Source of the DNA: Raillietiella orientalis
Taxonomy: Eukaryota
DNA: 64,000 nucleotides
Reading direction: 5' to 3'
NCBI GenBank assembly: GCA_036172245.1
Contig: JAYWIR010000043.1
Span: 1,302,001 to 1,366,000, forward strand
Part shown: positions 1 to 12,700 of the stretch, one piece after another
Layout: every line of letters starts with the position of its first letter
How positions within the stretch are numbered: position 1 is the stretch's first letter
Made by a program: the position numbers and the translations under genes
Notes under the pieces: generated by a model
The model's database searches: none
Told to the model about the DNA's origin: nothing
Seen by the model: the letters and a program-made list of their open reading frames with translations, nothing else

Positions 1-345
1 CCACTCTTTGCTGGCTACCGCCACCTGCCCGCCTGTCGGCCAGCGATCCGGAATGCGTGGTTGCAGGAAGCGGTCCGCGCCACCTGCAGGAGGCGCAAGT
101 GCTCTGGAAACACTTGCACTTTGGCGACCGCTCCCCTGCGACCGGCTAACTGATTCCCTGCAAGAACAACGCTGCAGGAACAACGCGACTACGAGTCTGC
201 GTGTGCAAGAAGCCACTCAGTTGCCTACCGGCCGGATGTGAGGTGCCCTGAGGAACTACAGAGGTCCAGCGCATCTCTTCGGAGGCGGGCGAGCGGCAGG
301 GATGCTGAACGCGCAACGTGAGCGCGGCAGGGGCTGCTCCGGTGG
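1..345 (+). pseudogene. Degenerate EGF-repeat fragment, probably Notch-derived, truncated by the window edge
   Basis: Frameshifted translation gives IPCKNNA...VCVCKK...GCEV, an EGF-like Cys spacing with stops. Similar relics lie at 2680-3570 and 4780-4980. Confidence 0.4.
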
Positions 346-2679
346 AAAGATCACTCACTTCTTGTCGTGAGCCACACTTGCTAACAAACGTCAGCATGCA
401 CGGTAATAGAAGAGGAAAGCTTTTGAATTTATGGATCCATCCGTATTTCCCCTGAGGTTCAGCAGGAACGGAATTTCTGCGCCAAACAGCAATCCACGGA
501 AACGCGTCTGCAGATGAGAGGAGCTCCTCGATGCCATGACGACGAGAATTGCATCCGAGAAGGAGGAGGAATTCCGAACGCTCCTCACCGCATGCGCTCA
601 CTTCCATATGGACAAATAAATATGCGAAATGATTTGTGAGTGTCGCTCGAAAAGGCTCACACGAGTTACAAATTCCAAGATGAGCAAGCAAATTCCAAAT
701 TGAACTTTCTCCAATTGTACACGATATATACATTACAATACAAGTCACCACGAAGTGGTTCCGCACACACGTGAGTTTTCAAAGTCTTCCCTACGTGGAA
801 ATGGCGTCCATATGTGTGTGTCGTCTTCACGTCCAGATCGTAAACGAATCCTATGGAAACGTTCGTGGATACGCGCATTCATTTCCCTCCGATTGTGACC
901 ACCCACGGCATGTACGTATAACCATAGAGAAACCCTCATCGTATTGTCGAAATGCATACACGGACGTGTTTCCGTATAAATACGTAAATAAATACATATA
1001 GAAATCTGTGCACATGTTCCGATGTCAGGATATATGTGCAGATACATATACATGGTCCTCTAAATATATATATATGTACACAGATATTTCCATACAGAGA
1101 ACTCTCTCCCTACGTACATTGAGAGCTTCATGTATACGGAGATATGGTGACTTTTTTCTGATCGAAATTCCTACCCAACAACGACTGCAGGAAGCTGAAA
1201 AATGACTTTCCGTAAAGAACATCCATCCGTCGATTGAAAAGGTAAATTTACGGCAATCGTCATTTGTTTTCCAAAGATGAATTTCTCTCATTTTTACCCA
1301 ATCAGTTTTAATCAGCAATTCGTGGGAAATCATCTTCAATGTTTCCGACATGTTGAGTCCAATGCGCTAAACTAGGATTACCAATCAATTCACCACCAAC
1401 CTTCGGAAATGCTCACCAAACATCCCTTTTCCTTTCGGTCCGAGTGGTTGCGTTCTGACAGTCACGTGCACAAAGGTGCATGGGAGGTGGAGGCAGAGAT
1501 CATCCGGAAACACGGAATCCGAGCTCCCGGAAGCATCGTAGGAATTGGCACGCGGAGGAGCACATTGCACCCATCAGCCACACACACAAGAGCGCACCTA
1601 CACGAGGGTAGGAGGGTGTGGTTAGAGAAACGACATCATCATCTTCGTCCAAACTCGCCAGGATTCCAAAGCTCAGCTGTTGTTGTTTGGATTGGGAAGG
1701 CGTTCACCAAAATGGTCCACGCTTTGGTTGCATCCCATACACGTGCAGGGGTGCTAAGTTTCCCTTCTTCGCAAAGGCAGAACCCGTGGGAGAGGCAGGA
1801 ACGACATGACCGCAAACATGCAGAGGTACAGCAACAGGTGTTGCTCCCGGTACACGCGAGACGTGCGCACGAACGTACGTACAGTGCAAGGAGTGGGGTG
1901 GGGCCATCTGCTTGCGACAAATTCTGGAAAATGGTCATCCTATGGAACACGTGTGAAGTGCAGGTCTCCTGAATTCCCAAAAGACTGCCATTCTCAAAGA
2001 AGGCAAAGCGGAAAACTGCGGATGCCAACACGCGGCTCATTCGACATGGGTGCCTCTTGGGCGGAGCTTCCACAGTCGAATACGGCAGCACAGATTCTTT
2101 CCAACCGAACACACGCACATGAGAGGAGGCGCCCGGGACACGCAGCCCTGGGAAACACACGAGCAGGCGGAAACCAGGAATGCTCCCTTTAGGGAAGGGA
2201 GCGTAAGATAGAGAGAGAGAGAGTGACGGTGTCGGAGGAGATCCATACTTATTTAGGGATTACTTTGAATTCAGTGAGGATTCTTCTTCTGAATGGATGA
2301 AAAGGAGGGGAAAGATGCTTCCGTTAGACAGATTTAGGGAAACGAGAAAGTGTGAGGCGGGGACGTTATGGGGAATTCAGCCTCAAATTTACTTGAGAAT
2401 TGTCCTTCGGACGACCATGTCATCACGAGTGGAGTGAGGTGAGGTCCGCTTGGTCTCTGAAGAAACCCCTGCGGTACCTGGACTGCGTTCCTGCAGCAGA
2501 AGAGTGCGGTGGGAATTTGGTAGCACGGGTAAAAGATTGCATTGGGTGCGGCTTTCCTCTTCCATGCTCTCCAATGGAATGTATTCTATTGAAACACGGA
2601 GAATAGGTTTTTCGAAAGAGAAGAACCACAACAACAAGGACATGGGAAGGAGCAGCGAGCCGCTGCAAGAGCCGCCCGC

Positions 2680-3570
2680 ATGAGCGCCTTGGCGTCCCGT
2701 TCCCCCTTGCTTCTGGGGTGATGATGGCGCTACAAGAATTTGCCCCCTGGCCGCGAAGGTCCTCTCTCCTGCTCGCCCAACCCCTGCAAGAACGAAAGGA
2801 TCCGCGTCCATCAGTCCAAGAACTCGTGCAGCTGCACACTGTTGCTTGTCGGAGAGTGATGCGAGTGAACACCTGAATCCTCGCTATGGACCCAAGCGCC
2901 AAAACGGAAGGACGTGCGACGTTCTCCTGCCCTGGAATTCTCAGCCACAATTCTCCTGCTCCTGCCCTCTGGGGTACGAGGCGTCTCTGTGCAGCGTGCA
3001 TGTCCCCAACACCTGCGATTCGTGCCTGCAAACCGACCACACCGGTGGAAATCAAAAGGTGCACACGCTCTATCGAGGAGTGCTCTGAGAGCTGCGTGAC
3101 CACCGCGCGTGAACGGAGCGACGTGCTCTTCCATCCAGAGCACCGAGCAGCTACACGTGCACGCGCACCTGCCACTTCACTATAGATGACCACGAGTGCC
3201 TGGGCGAGCCCTGCGTCCACAGCACGTGCCAGGAGACCGACGGCATAACTTCCCTTGGGACCCGTCCCCCTACCGGCATGGCGGCCGCCGCATCGTCATC
3301 GATGGCATCGGCCACAAGTACAAGTGTTTCTTTCCCTCCGGCTTTGCGGACTTGCACTGCGAGACCAACACCGATGATTGCCCGGGAGACCCGTGCCAGA
3401 ACATCGCAGCTTGTCTGGACGACGTCAACGCGTACGGCTTGCAGTGCCCGCGGCGCCCGGCACTGCGCCGGAGCGCAACAGGGGCGCCACGTGCAGCATC
3501 TGCGTGAACACCCCCGTGTCTTTCCGCTGCAATTGCAGCAGAGTGTCCACCGGTCCATGCAGCCAATCGA
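2680..3570 (+). pseudogene. N: Processed (intronless) Notch N-terminal pseudogene: signal peptide to about EGF11, with frameshifts, stops and internal deletions
   Basis: Collinear Notch-type pieces: MSALASRSPLLLG; SCSPNPCKN; HLNPRYGPKRQNGRTCDV...FSCSCPLGYEASLCSVHVPNTCDS; DHECLGEPCVHSTC; DPSPYRHGG...HCETNTDDCPGDPCQNIAACLDDVNAY; ICVNTPVSFRCNCSRVSTGP. Confidence 0.75.
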
Positions 3571-3879
3571 ATGCACAATCAAAATCCTGTTATCACGCAG
3601 ATCTCATGTTATCCAATCTCATTTCCCGCTATCCCAATGAGAAATCGGAACTCTGGTGCCAACAAACGAATGTCTCCTTGATTGAAATCCCCGAGGTCAC
3701 TTGAATTTTGCATCTACGCGAACATGTATATACACTTCGAATTCGGAGGTTACTAACTGGAAAGTGAGCCAAACTTTTACACTTGCAGTGACAGAACAGG
3801 AGAGTCCTTATCGTGGATGAAAGCACCAGCTTCACACAAATGCACAGCGCAGAATTGATGGGATCATTCCAAGTTATTG

Positions 3880-4460
3880 CAATGCCACTTTTCCGTATGC
3901 AAGTTACTGAGGTCAGCCTTCATAGCACTGAACGCAGTTCCAGCTCCTCGAGCACTGGTACCCAAAGTAAGGGTTAAGAGGAGCACGCAAGATGTCCACG
4001 CTTCACTCCCATTGCACTGTGGCCAATTCCAGTGTTCCCCCGGGCGATCAAATGCATAGTATTCGTTCAATGCAATAGCGTGCGGTGGCATAAGAAGATT
4101 CCATGATTCAACACATGTGGATATGGAAAATGATGTACAAACGAAAGGTGACAACAAATCGGAAAACAGATTGCTCTCGGATGATTTCTTCCCAAGTCCT
4201 ATCTTCCATTCGTGCACACCAGTGTCATGATTGGAAAATGCAAAGCATCCAACATGGCTTCCCCTGGTTTCGAATCATTCTTTCGTTAACTTCCCATCAT
4301 GACACAGTTCACAAACATGAAAGGAACCTCCGTTTTCCAAACGTACCCAAAAAAACTCTTTTATCGAATCGGTGTCCCATTTGTCAATTGGAAGAGTGTC
4401 TTTCACCTCACCAAATTCATCGACAAGCTGAAGAATGGGATCGACACAACCATGGAATCG
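3880..4460 (-). mobile_element. Decayed hAT transposase, C-terminal/dimerization region
   Basis: CVLLLTLTLGTSA...AFSAMK resembles the hAT dimerization motif LLTLP.ttA..ERaFSaMK; an upstream FPIM...MEDR segment also fits. Confidence 0.5.
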
Positions 4461-4779
4461 CTTAGTTTTTAAATTCCCTGTGGTGCCGCGAAATTACGAA
4501 GGCTGAGAAAATAAGTTGCGATGGGCGAGGTCCATGCGATGCACCGCAACTTTCAACCACATCACATTCTGTATCAGCAAGCCCTCAATTTAGTGCACAC
4601 CTGCGATCAAGCAGAAGACACGCTCGTGCACGTTGCGACAGAGCAGGAACATGTCTTGTTCCACGAAACGAGAAAGAGAACGGAATCGTAGGCAACAGGG
4701 CGAGCGGAAAAAAGTTCCTCGCGGAAACGTCCCAGAAAGATCTTGTAAGCCGTGAAAAGTTTACGCCTTCCACGTGCAG

Positions 4780-4980
4780 TATGCACGTCCCCAACGTCTG
4801 CGATCGAACCGGTGTGCCTGAACACCCGGTCCTGCACACCTGTGGTGGTCAACGAGTTCACATGCTGTGGGGGCTCCGGAGGAGTCCTCGGCGAGCTGCG
4901 CCACCACTGCGCGTCCCAGCCGTGGCGGAACGCGCCATTCCTCCCACAGCAACCACACGTGCATGCGCACGAGTTTCCTG
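4780..4980 (+). pseudogene. N: Second Notch-derived fragment (about EGF3-4)
   Basis: HVPNVCD...VCLNTRSCTPVVVNEFTC...ELRHHCASQPWRN overlaps the same Notch segment (HVPNTCD, ELRDH) seen at 2995-3110. Confidence 0.65.
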
Positions 4981-5559
4981 AAAGTTGAGGGCGTGTCCAC
5001 CGGTGAACACGCCCTCAACTTTCTGGAACAAGCCAGTAGTGCATGCATAGGATGCGTGATCAGAGCTGGTGATCCACGGCTGGGCGGAAGCTGCAGAAGC
5101 TTAACGAAAAAAGCCAGACTACTTTCGATTCTAGAGCGGGCAGCACGATCTTCGCGCTCTTTTTCCCAGTGCTCCTTCCACCTGCAACCATCCGCAAAGC
5201 CAAAACTGCCCCACGAAATGCAGTTTTTTCCTTCTCGTGTCCTGCCGCCTCCTCGGACCACGCACCCCAGCACCGGACATCCACAAAATGCGCTGTTGCT
5301 GCGGCAAAACGGTTCGTATTGGGATGCATGGATGTCCACCTTACTGCTTCTCTGTTCCTACAGGCTATCCTTGATTACCCGCTGCAATCTCATTCATACG
5401 TGGATTTATAGCACTTCGAAATGAGCACCAAGAAGAAGTCATTTTCTTTCCATATTGATGCAACAGTTGAAAGTTACGCCTTCCTTGTATGAGTAAAGCA
5501 TCGCTGTGCTGCTAATGCCGGAGAATTGGTATACAAATCAGCTTTCAGAAACCACATTC

Positions 5560-5950
5560 GGATCCTATGGAAATAAATGGTGGTTCACGCGGAGACATCT
5601 CCGGTGACCGGACCACATTCAGTTGCATCATCGTCAGGAGACGGAAAGCCATGTTCCCTAGAAGCAGGAGGATCTGGAGGATCGAAGGCGAGTTCGGGAA
5701 ATCAGCAATTTGCCCCTCAAAGTTCTGTCCCCTATCCGTCAGCAGGCATGAAATGCGTGAACTCGTTTGAACTAGTGTTTGGGGGGTGAACAGGCAGGCC
5801 ATCCGCTTCTATGGTCATGCAAATGCTTTTCCAGAGTGCATATCTTGCTGGCAAACCAACGAATCTTCCGGTAGCGCTTCCTTAGACAACTGGAAGGTGT
5901 GTACTTTCCCTCCTCCTGGCTCCATTTCCAAGAAAAGAACGTCGGTTTCG
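5560..5950 (-). mobile_element. Decayed Ty3/gypsy integrase fragment
   Basis: LLTDRGQNFEGQI matches the rve core motif (TDqGrnFes). Confidence 0.5.
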
Positions 5951-6580
5951 TTCTCTATCCGAGTATCGTGGCGTTCAGGAAACGGCAAAGTATGATGCAG
6001 TAAAATGTATTATCAGTAGGCAATACCCCTGGACGCAGCCTCCCACGCGCGGACACTGCATGTTGCAATAAACACAAATCTACCTTTTGATAGCCATTCT
6101 AAATTCGATAGGAAGAACGCAGCATCGATTGAAATTACCTTATCGTGCATGCAAGAGATTTGTTTTTAGTTTGCAACCTTCTAGGAAGAGTGCAAACTCC
6201 CACGAAGATTGGCCCCTGCTGCATTCATCCGTATCCGTGAACACGCATAAGTCTATTTGGCCTCTAACGATATGTAACTTTGTCTGTACGATGAACGGAA
6301 GCACGTTCTCCATCTGACTCATAAATCAATCAGGTAAGATACCTTTCCCTTAAGAATGCACTTAAGGATTAGATAAGATGGAGCAGTTGGAATCCCCATT
6401 GTGACCCTGCAGTGTCGAAGCCCGTCAGATAGCGTACCACTGGTTTACCTGGAAGCCAGAAAGCAAGTTTGGATAACCGGAGGAGGTATGAGGATTGAGG
6501 GGAAATCTTCATGCCCTTTCACCACTAATGTTGAAATTAGCGACTGTTATCTGAAAGGGTGTCTGCGAGTGCCCAACCTC

Positions 6581-6935
6581 TAGGACAAACCACCCATATC
6601 CCCGCCATTACCCCTATCATAATTAATGGAGCCACCTTATTCCTATCTTTCAGTTCATAATATCCCTTGCCCAACAATTTCAAATCATCCACAACTTGTT
6701 GAAAAACGCCAACCCTCACTTTATTAGGCCCCTCACGTCATTGCACCCCTCCCCAACCAAAGTCACAAATGCTACACTTGGTAACACCACTAACATTCCA
6801 AATCCTCCTTGCATAACTATCAATCACTTCCTACGAAGGAAACCCAACTACTCAAAATAAAAATCAAAATTAACCAACTCATACGAACCATATAAATTCG
6901 AAATGCTCTTTACTCCACGAAATGTTCTATTCAGC
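6581..6935 (-). pseudogene. nad1: NUMT: 5' part of mitochondrial nad1, preceded by a probable rrnL 3' end
   Basis: Minus strand reads SVAFVTL...GPNKV.VGVFQQVVDDLKLLGK...APLIM, the nad1 N-terminal motif (AFlTL..RKGPNKVG..G.lQP..D..KL..K). The + strand has a strong C/A-rich, G-poor skew unlike its flanks. Confidence 0.8.
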
Positions 6936-6939
6936 TAAT

Positions 6940-7900
6940 TTTTACCTATTCTAACAACAAGTTCAAAAATCATCGAATCAACGTCAAAACCTTCCTTATC
7001 CGACCTTTCACTCGACGCTGCGAACTGAGAAATTGCGGAAGAGCGGAAAAGAACATTCAGAAGACTTCTAAGCGCAGTTATCCTTTTCAACACAATGATG
7101 AGGACAACTGCTCTTGGAAGTCTGCGAAAGTAGAGAAGAAGGCGAACCGTTTGGGTCTCGGAAGAACACGGCTGCATGCACCGAAAAATACTTGCAATCC
7201 GAATGAACTTTGACGGGAAAAGATCATTTCAAGATTGAGCTCAGCTTCGCCGAAACACTCTCCTTGGCAAATGCGGTCCGACGGACACTTTTTGAAAACG
7301 AGCGTTTCGACTTGGGCGATGTGGCACGCGTGCAGAGCGGAAGGAGATGAACGTCAGCCGTGCGTGAATCGCATGCTGCGTTCGACGAACCTCCGGTACG
7401 TTTTCAGCAAACCGATCCACGAGTACTTCGTATGAGCGATAGACATTTGATCAGTTTGATCTTTCGAACCGGCCAAGCCGGAGATGAAGCTGTGCAGACA
7501 GCACTCTGGTTCGCCGGAGATATGTTGACCAAGTGAAGCTGAAGAAACATTTGTATGGGAAGGAAGTCCTTCGGAGCAGAGTACTACTTTTCATAAAGGA
7601 AAATTCCAGTTTGTTGCTGGCACGACTGACAATAAGGAGAATCCATTTGGAGAGATGAGGCAGAATACTGCTGATGTAAACTTATGCAAAAGACTTGCGG
7701 TGCGGTGTGGTGAAAGCATAAGAAGGGTTCCTTCAAGAAGATCGTTGCCGACAGCAACCGACTCTGGCAGAAGTATCCCAACTCGAAAGACAAACGAAGA
7801 AGCGGAGGAGACGGGACTTTTCCCCTGCGTCTTCTTGTCCGTACCCGTTTTCCCGGATCTCGTTTTTATTTTTGAATTTAATTCAAGCTAATAGATGATT
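6940..7900 (-). mobile_element. Decayed hAT (ZMYM1-like) transposase, N-terminal/central region
   Basis: Scattered motif relics in the expected order: TGIFL (GnFl), ISPANQ (Sp.iQN), KDQTDQMSI (D..dQmsi). Many stops. Confidence 0.35.
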
Positions 7901-8245
7901 GATGTCGGATTCGTCAATAACGGGGTTTGGTGTCTGTCTGCGCACTAATTTTCAGCCAAAGAAGCGCGTGGATGTTGGCCGTGTGCTTTCCGAAGAGTGC
8001 TTCCTGTACATGGAGAAGCACAACTTTTGCAGGTTTCCTCGGCCTTCTCTTTCGAATTTGTGTGTGAGCACCGCTGGACGGATCTCGAGTTCCCGGTTGA
8101 GATGCTGCTGCACAGAGACGTGACCTCAACGCGTAACTGTACACTCACGGTACAGACAGTTCACGCAAGGACGTCGCTTGCAGGCGGGAATTCAGGGCTG
8201 GCAGAAACCCATCCACGAGGTTACCAGAACGCAAAGATGTTTTAT

Positions 8246-9375
8246 TTAATGGTCGGTGGCAATTCGGTATCTGCTTAAGCCCGAGTCGTTATTCCGAGAG
8301 GCTTTTCCCTGGACTGCGACTTCTATTAAATTGTATTTGCGAAATGCGAAATAGTCCGGCGCCACTCCGAGACAGCACACCTTTTGGATGACCTCCACGA
8401 GAAGCGACAGCTCGGGGTCGTCGCAGTCGACGCAGTTGCCAGGATTGGCTGCTTTGATTCTGCCGGCCAGGGTCGTCAGGAGGGAGGTGCGGTCGACGGA
8501 GTTGTTGTTGCGGATGCTGCTCATGCAATGAACGCGGACTCGCATATGCACAGGGACTTACTTGCAGACTATGCAGAACCTGCTGCTGTGGGCAGTGAAG
8601 TGGCCGGCGATCAGCGCCTCGCTCTCCTTCACAATAGCCGCGCCGTTCGCCTTGGCAGAGCTTTGAAAACCGACCTCAAAAAGGGGGTCGCCGCTCACCT
8701 CGCACGTCGTGGAGACGGGGATCATCCGGATTAGGGTCTGTGTCTTTTGAGCTCTGCACGAATCGAAATCCAGGAGCACGCTGTACAGAAACGAGGATGG
8801 ATCTTTCATCTGATCAAAGACGCAGCAATTTGTTTCTTTCTTTTTCTTTTTTTTTTTTTTTAAAAAAAAAAAAAAGGAAAAAAAATATGCATGTCCTACA
8901 TAAGTTTTGATAAAAACGATATTCCGGGCTTTGCATCTCATTTGCTGAAAATTCTTTTTCTGGCATGTGACGCCCTGGACCTCCTTTTTTAACGATTTTT
9001 CAATGTCATCTTCGTACGAAAGAGTGGTGGTTTGTCGGTTTAAAAGGGAAATCGCTCTGTCATCCTAAAATTGATTACTTATAATTTCTCTTTACTGACT
9101 TTGCCACAATCACATCGTAATTATTAAGCAATTTGGAAATTAGAATTTTACCATACTTTTGAATCAATGAGTCTCTCGTAATACTCTGTGAGGAGGTTGT
9201 AAGCTTCTTGCACACATTTCTTTTCCTTTCCATTGCAAGTACAAAGGAAACCTGTAAGTTTTGGTTGAAGAATGTTTTTATTGTGAATGAACTTGTTTAA
9301 AAGATGCTGTCTATAGTACTGTTTTTTCTTATTTTTTTTTTTTACACAAGATGTATAGGATTCATTTGTATTCAT
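8246..9375 (-). CDS. THUMPD1: THUMP domain-containing protein 1; exons 9375-9157, 9064-8900, 8809-8699, 8650-8562, 8516-8246
   Basis: LQPKLTGFLCTCNGKEKKCVQEAYNLLTEY; NIVFIKT; IRMIPVSTTC; IRNNNS; VDCDDPELSLLVEVIQKVCCLGVAPDYFAFRKYNL. GT-AG introns are phase-consistent. Confidence 0.92.
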
Positions 9376-9771
9376 TGTTTTATAATAAAATATGTATTCT
9401 ACTTTTATGCACTAAGTAATAACTAATTCTAGAATGGAAACCTAAAATAAAATAAATTTTCATAATGTAGAAACTCTAACGTTGAAAAATGCAAAAGCAT
9501 CAAATTAAAATTTTCGAAAATATAAATGTTATTCATAAATATCAAAATGTTTGATCAAAAACATTCCACAAAGCAAAACCAAACTTCAGCATACACGCTG
9601 AACAAATGTAAACTCTGTTCTTTTGAAATACAGATATCTCTTAAGGTTGAAAAATTTACTTTCTGATAAATAAACGTTTCTTCTTCATATAAATAAATGA
9701 AGCTGTCCTTATCCTGTTTGACTGCAGCCATTAGCAGCTCATATAGCAATGGATAGAACTTCAAATATTTA

Positions 9772-12700
9772 TCACACTCTCTGAATTTCAAACAGTTTGA
9801 CATCAGTGTCATACCAAATAGGTGGATCCACATTCCTAGAAAAACATCAAAAGAAACCACAGGTATGAACAGGCCAACAAACCTCAAATAAATGACACCC
9901 CACATATAAGTGTGAAACCACTGAGTAGTAGCATTATTGGCTTGATATTTACGAATCAGTATAGGATGAGGCACTGGCAACAGGCCAACCAATGTCCCAT
10001 GTTGCAAAAACTTTAAGATCTCACTTTCATCAGTTAAACCTCTACCAAAGAAAAAATAATCTGCATCATACATCTTACACGAATCACATGCCTGTGCAAG
10101 AAAGTTTATAAAACTGTTTACTTGTCAATGCAGATTTTTTCCACTTGCGGTACTAGAACTTGTAACAACCTCATGATTGTTTGCAAAGGAAGCTTCTGTT
10201 TCCATGAGAGCACCCAATGAGGAGTTGGAACCCATGGTGATGAGATTTCATTTCCAGTGACTGAAGACCCCATCGTACGAGGAGATTCCCCTGCACTGTA
10301 GAACTTTTCAGGTGACACCACATGATTCAAGGTGGGAGAAGAATGCAGCAAAGCTTCGTCCTAAGGAACTGCATTAACTTAGATTGATATGTGCCTTATT
10401 AACCTGCTCAGTTGAGACAGAGTCAGAATTACTGTCAACTTCCTGCTGTCTGGGTGTGCCCCTGCAGGAATCAGAACTGTTGATCTGTAATTCTTGAAGT
10501 TCATCACTTGGAGGATGAGCACTCTGAGTCTCAGTCATGTTCTCAACTCCTGCGGAAAATGCGAATGCTGACATGAAGGCACAATAGAGACCTGGAGCTG
10601 ATGTTAAAGAAGTTTTAATACTTTGTTTTTCACTGGCATTTATCAGGTCACTGGCTGTCTTTAATTTGTCTGCATTTAATAATTTTACCAAGTGTCTGGT
10701 TTTCTGATTGAGACAGTTTTCAATGCTTTTGGCATCAGAAGGCAACATCGCCAGTTGGTGAAACACATGCCGTTTCCGGATAATAGTGTAGACAAGATTC
10801 GAGTTTCCTAAAGCTTATTGTTAATACATAAAGATAAAGAATTAATGCTTACCATCAAACTGGTACTGAATAATGTTGTTAAAAATTTCAAGTAAGAAGA
10901 ACAATAAATGATGGTTGTTAGGACTAGCAAATAGAAACCAAGGACTACTGAATGCTTCTAATATGTGTAACAATTTGTTGCTGGATACCATGGACAATGT
11001 TTTGAGGTAAGGAGACACTGAAACCACAATCCAGGCATAACAATATGATACGTTCATACCATTGACTAGGATTGTAAGTAAACAATCAAAAAGGGGTTGT
11101 AGCTTTTGATGGCCTGTGGTGATAATTTTATGAAACACAATAATAAGGAGATCAGCATGTGTTCCTGTAAATACTGGAATGTCCATAGGAACTGCTGCGG
11201 AATAGGAGCGATTCAATCGCACCCCAAAATTCCTCTCTCCTGTCAGCAGCAAAAGAATGAATACACCAATATGCACAAGCCCTAATTTTGCTACAAGGAG
11301 AAAAAGAATTCTGGACATTTGAAATTACCGCCTTACATTGGTCACAGCGAGAGCTGTTCAAATGGTAAAGAATAGGAACCAGAATGCACAACACATCACT
11401 GCTTTTCAGCACATAGTGTAGAAATTTCTACAAGATTTTTGCATATATGAATTGCTACATCTTACTTTGTTATAGTTACACATTTTCCAAAACAGGATTA
11501 GCAGCTCTTGATGAAACTGCACTTTTTTCAAAGAATTAGGCAAATAGGTCTGCAGAAGAGGATTATTTAACAATGTAGTGAATCCTTTAAGAAGGAACTG
11601 AAAATCCTCTTCTCGATGTATTCGTGACAAGTAATTAATATAGAGATTATCAGGTAGGGAATACTACAAAAGAGAAAATTGTCTGTCAATGTGAGATGCC
11701 ACTTATATGAGGCTCATCATCAAGCAGCTATGCTGGCAGCTTACTTCCTTGTTATTCTCAGTCACCAATTCTTGATCCAAAGTTACTATAAGAATTTGCA
11801 AAGATACTTCAACCAGAGGTTCCCTGTAATCCTTGAAAATCACATAATTGTAGGGCACACCATATCCAGCAGGATCGTATGCCATTATAGTATTCAGGAG
11901 AGATGTGAAAAGTGGCAAAGCATGCCGATTACTGGAAGATGTGAAAAACAGAATCCACTGATTTGGAAATGCTTCTCCTTCTATAAAACAGACTACTTAG
12001 TGCACTGATTACAATGAATGTTACCAGGAATGTAAATAGTTTCACTGAAACAAGTCAACAAAAGTTTCAGTAGCTCAGTTCGATTGCTATCATATTCAGC
12101 ACATGATGATGGAGATGTGGCAAACCCAACACCTGCTTCCCAGATATATTCACAGCTGTCAATGGAATGTAGATCTTCATGATGATTCTTTAAAGAGGCA
12201 TAAGTCAAAAAACGGAAAGAACAAATGAAAACAGATTACAAAGCAACAAAGTTATATATGTGTGTGTGTGTGTGTGTGCAACAGGTTTCAGACATGAATT
12301 AGCAATTACAATCAGACCCTATAGTTCACTAAGCACAATGAGTCTGTTTTGAATCAGTTTTATTTCAGGAGTTCTGAATGATTTATCAATACAAAATAAT
12401 TTTAAACAGTAAACATGTTGCCTAGGCTATGGATAAATTTCTGTTCTCTCATCATGTCTTGAGAAGATGCCCAGCAAAATGAAGTAACACACATCCTACT
12501 ATCCAGAAACCAGAATCCAGAAACAGACAAAAAAGAAAACCAATATAAAAACATTTCTTAATGAAGTGCATTGCTCATAACTTTAGGGTAAGAATATTTT
12601 TGAGGATGCAATTTGTGTTAGAACCAATTTATAAATATGCACATGGGTGCAAAAGTATGAGTATAGCTATTAATTTTCTCATAGTCAAAAAATAGTAACA

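Noticed and set aside
700..1150. CRISPR-like or regular tandem array
   Set aside because: Only degenerate TA/CA-rich low-complexity sequence with no constant repeat unit; the window is eukaryotic.
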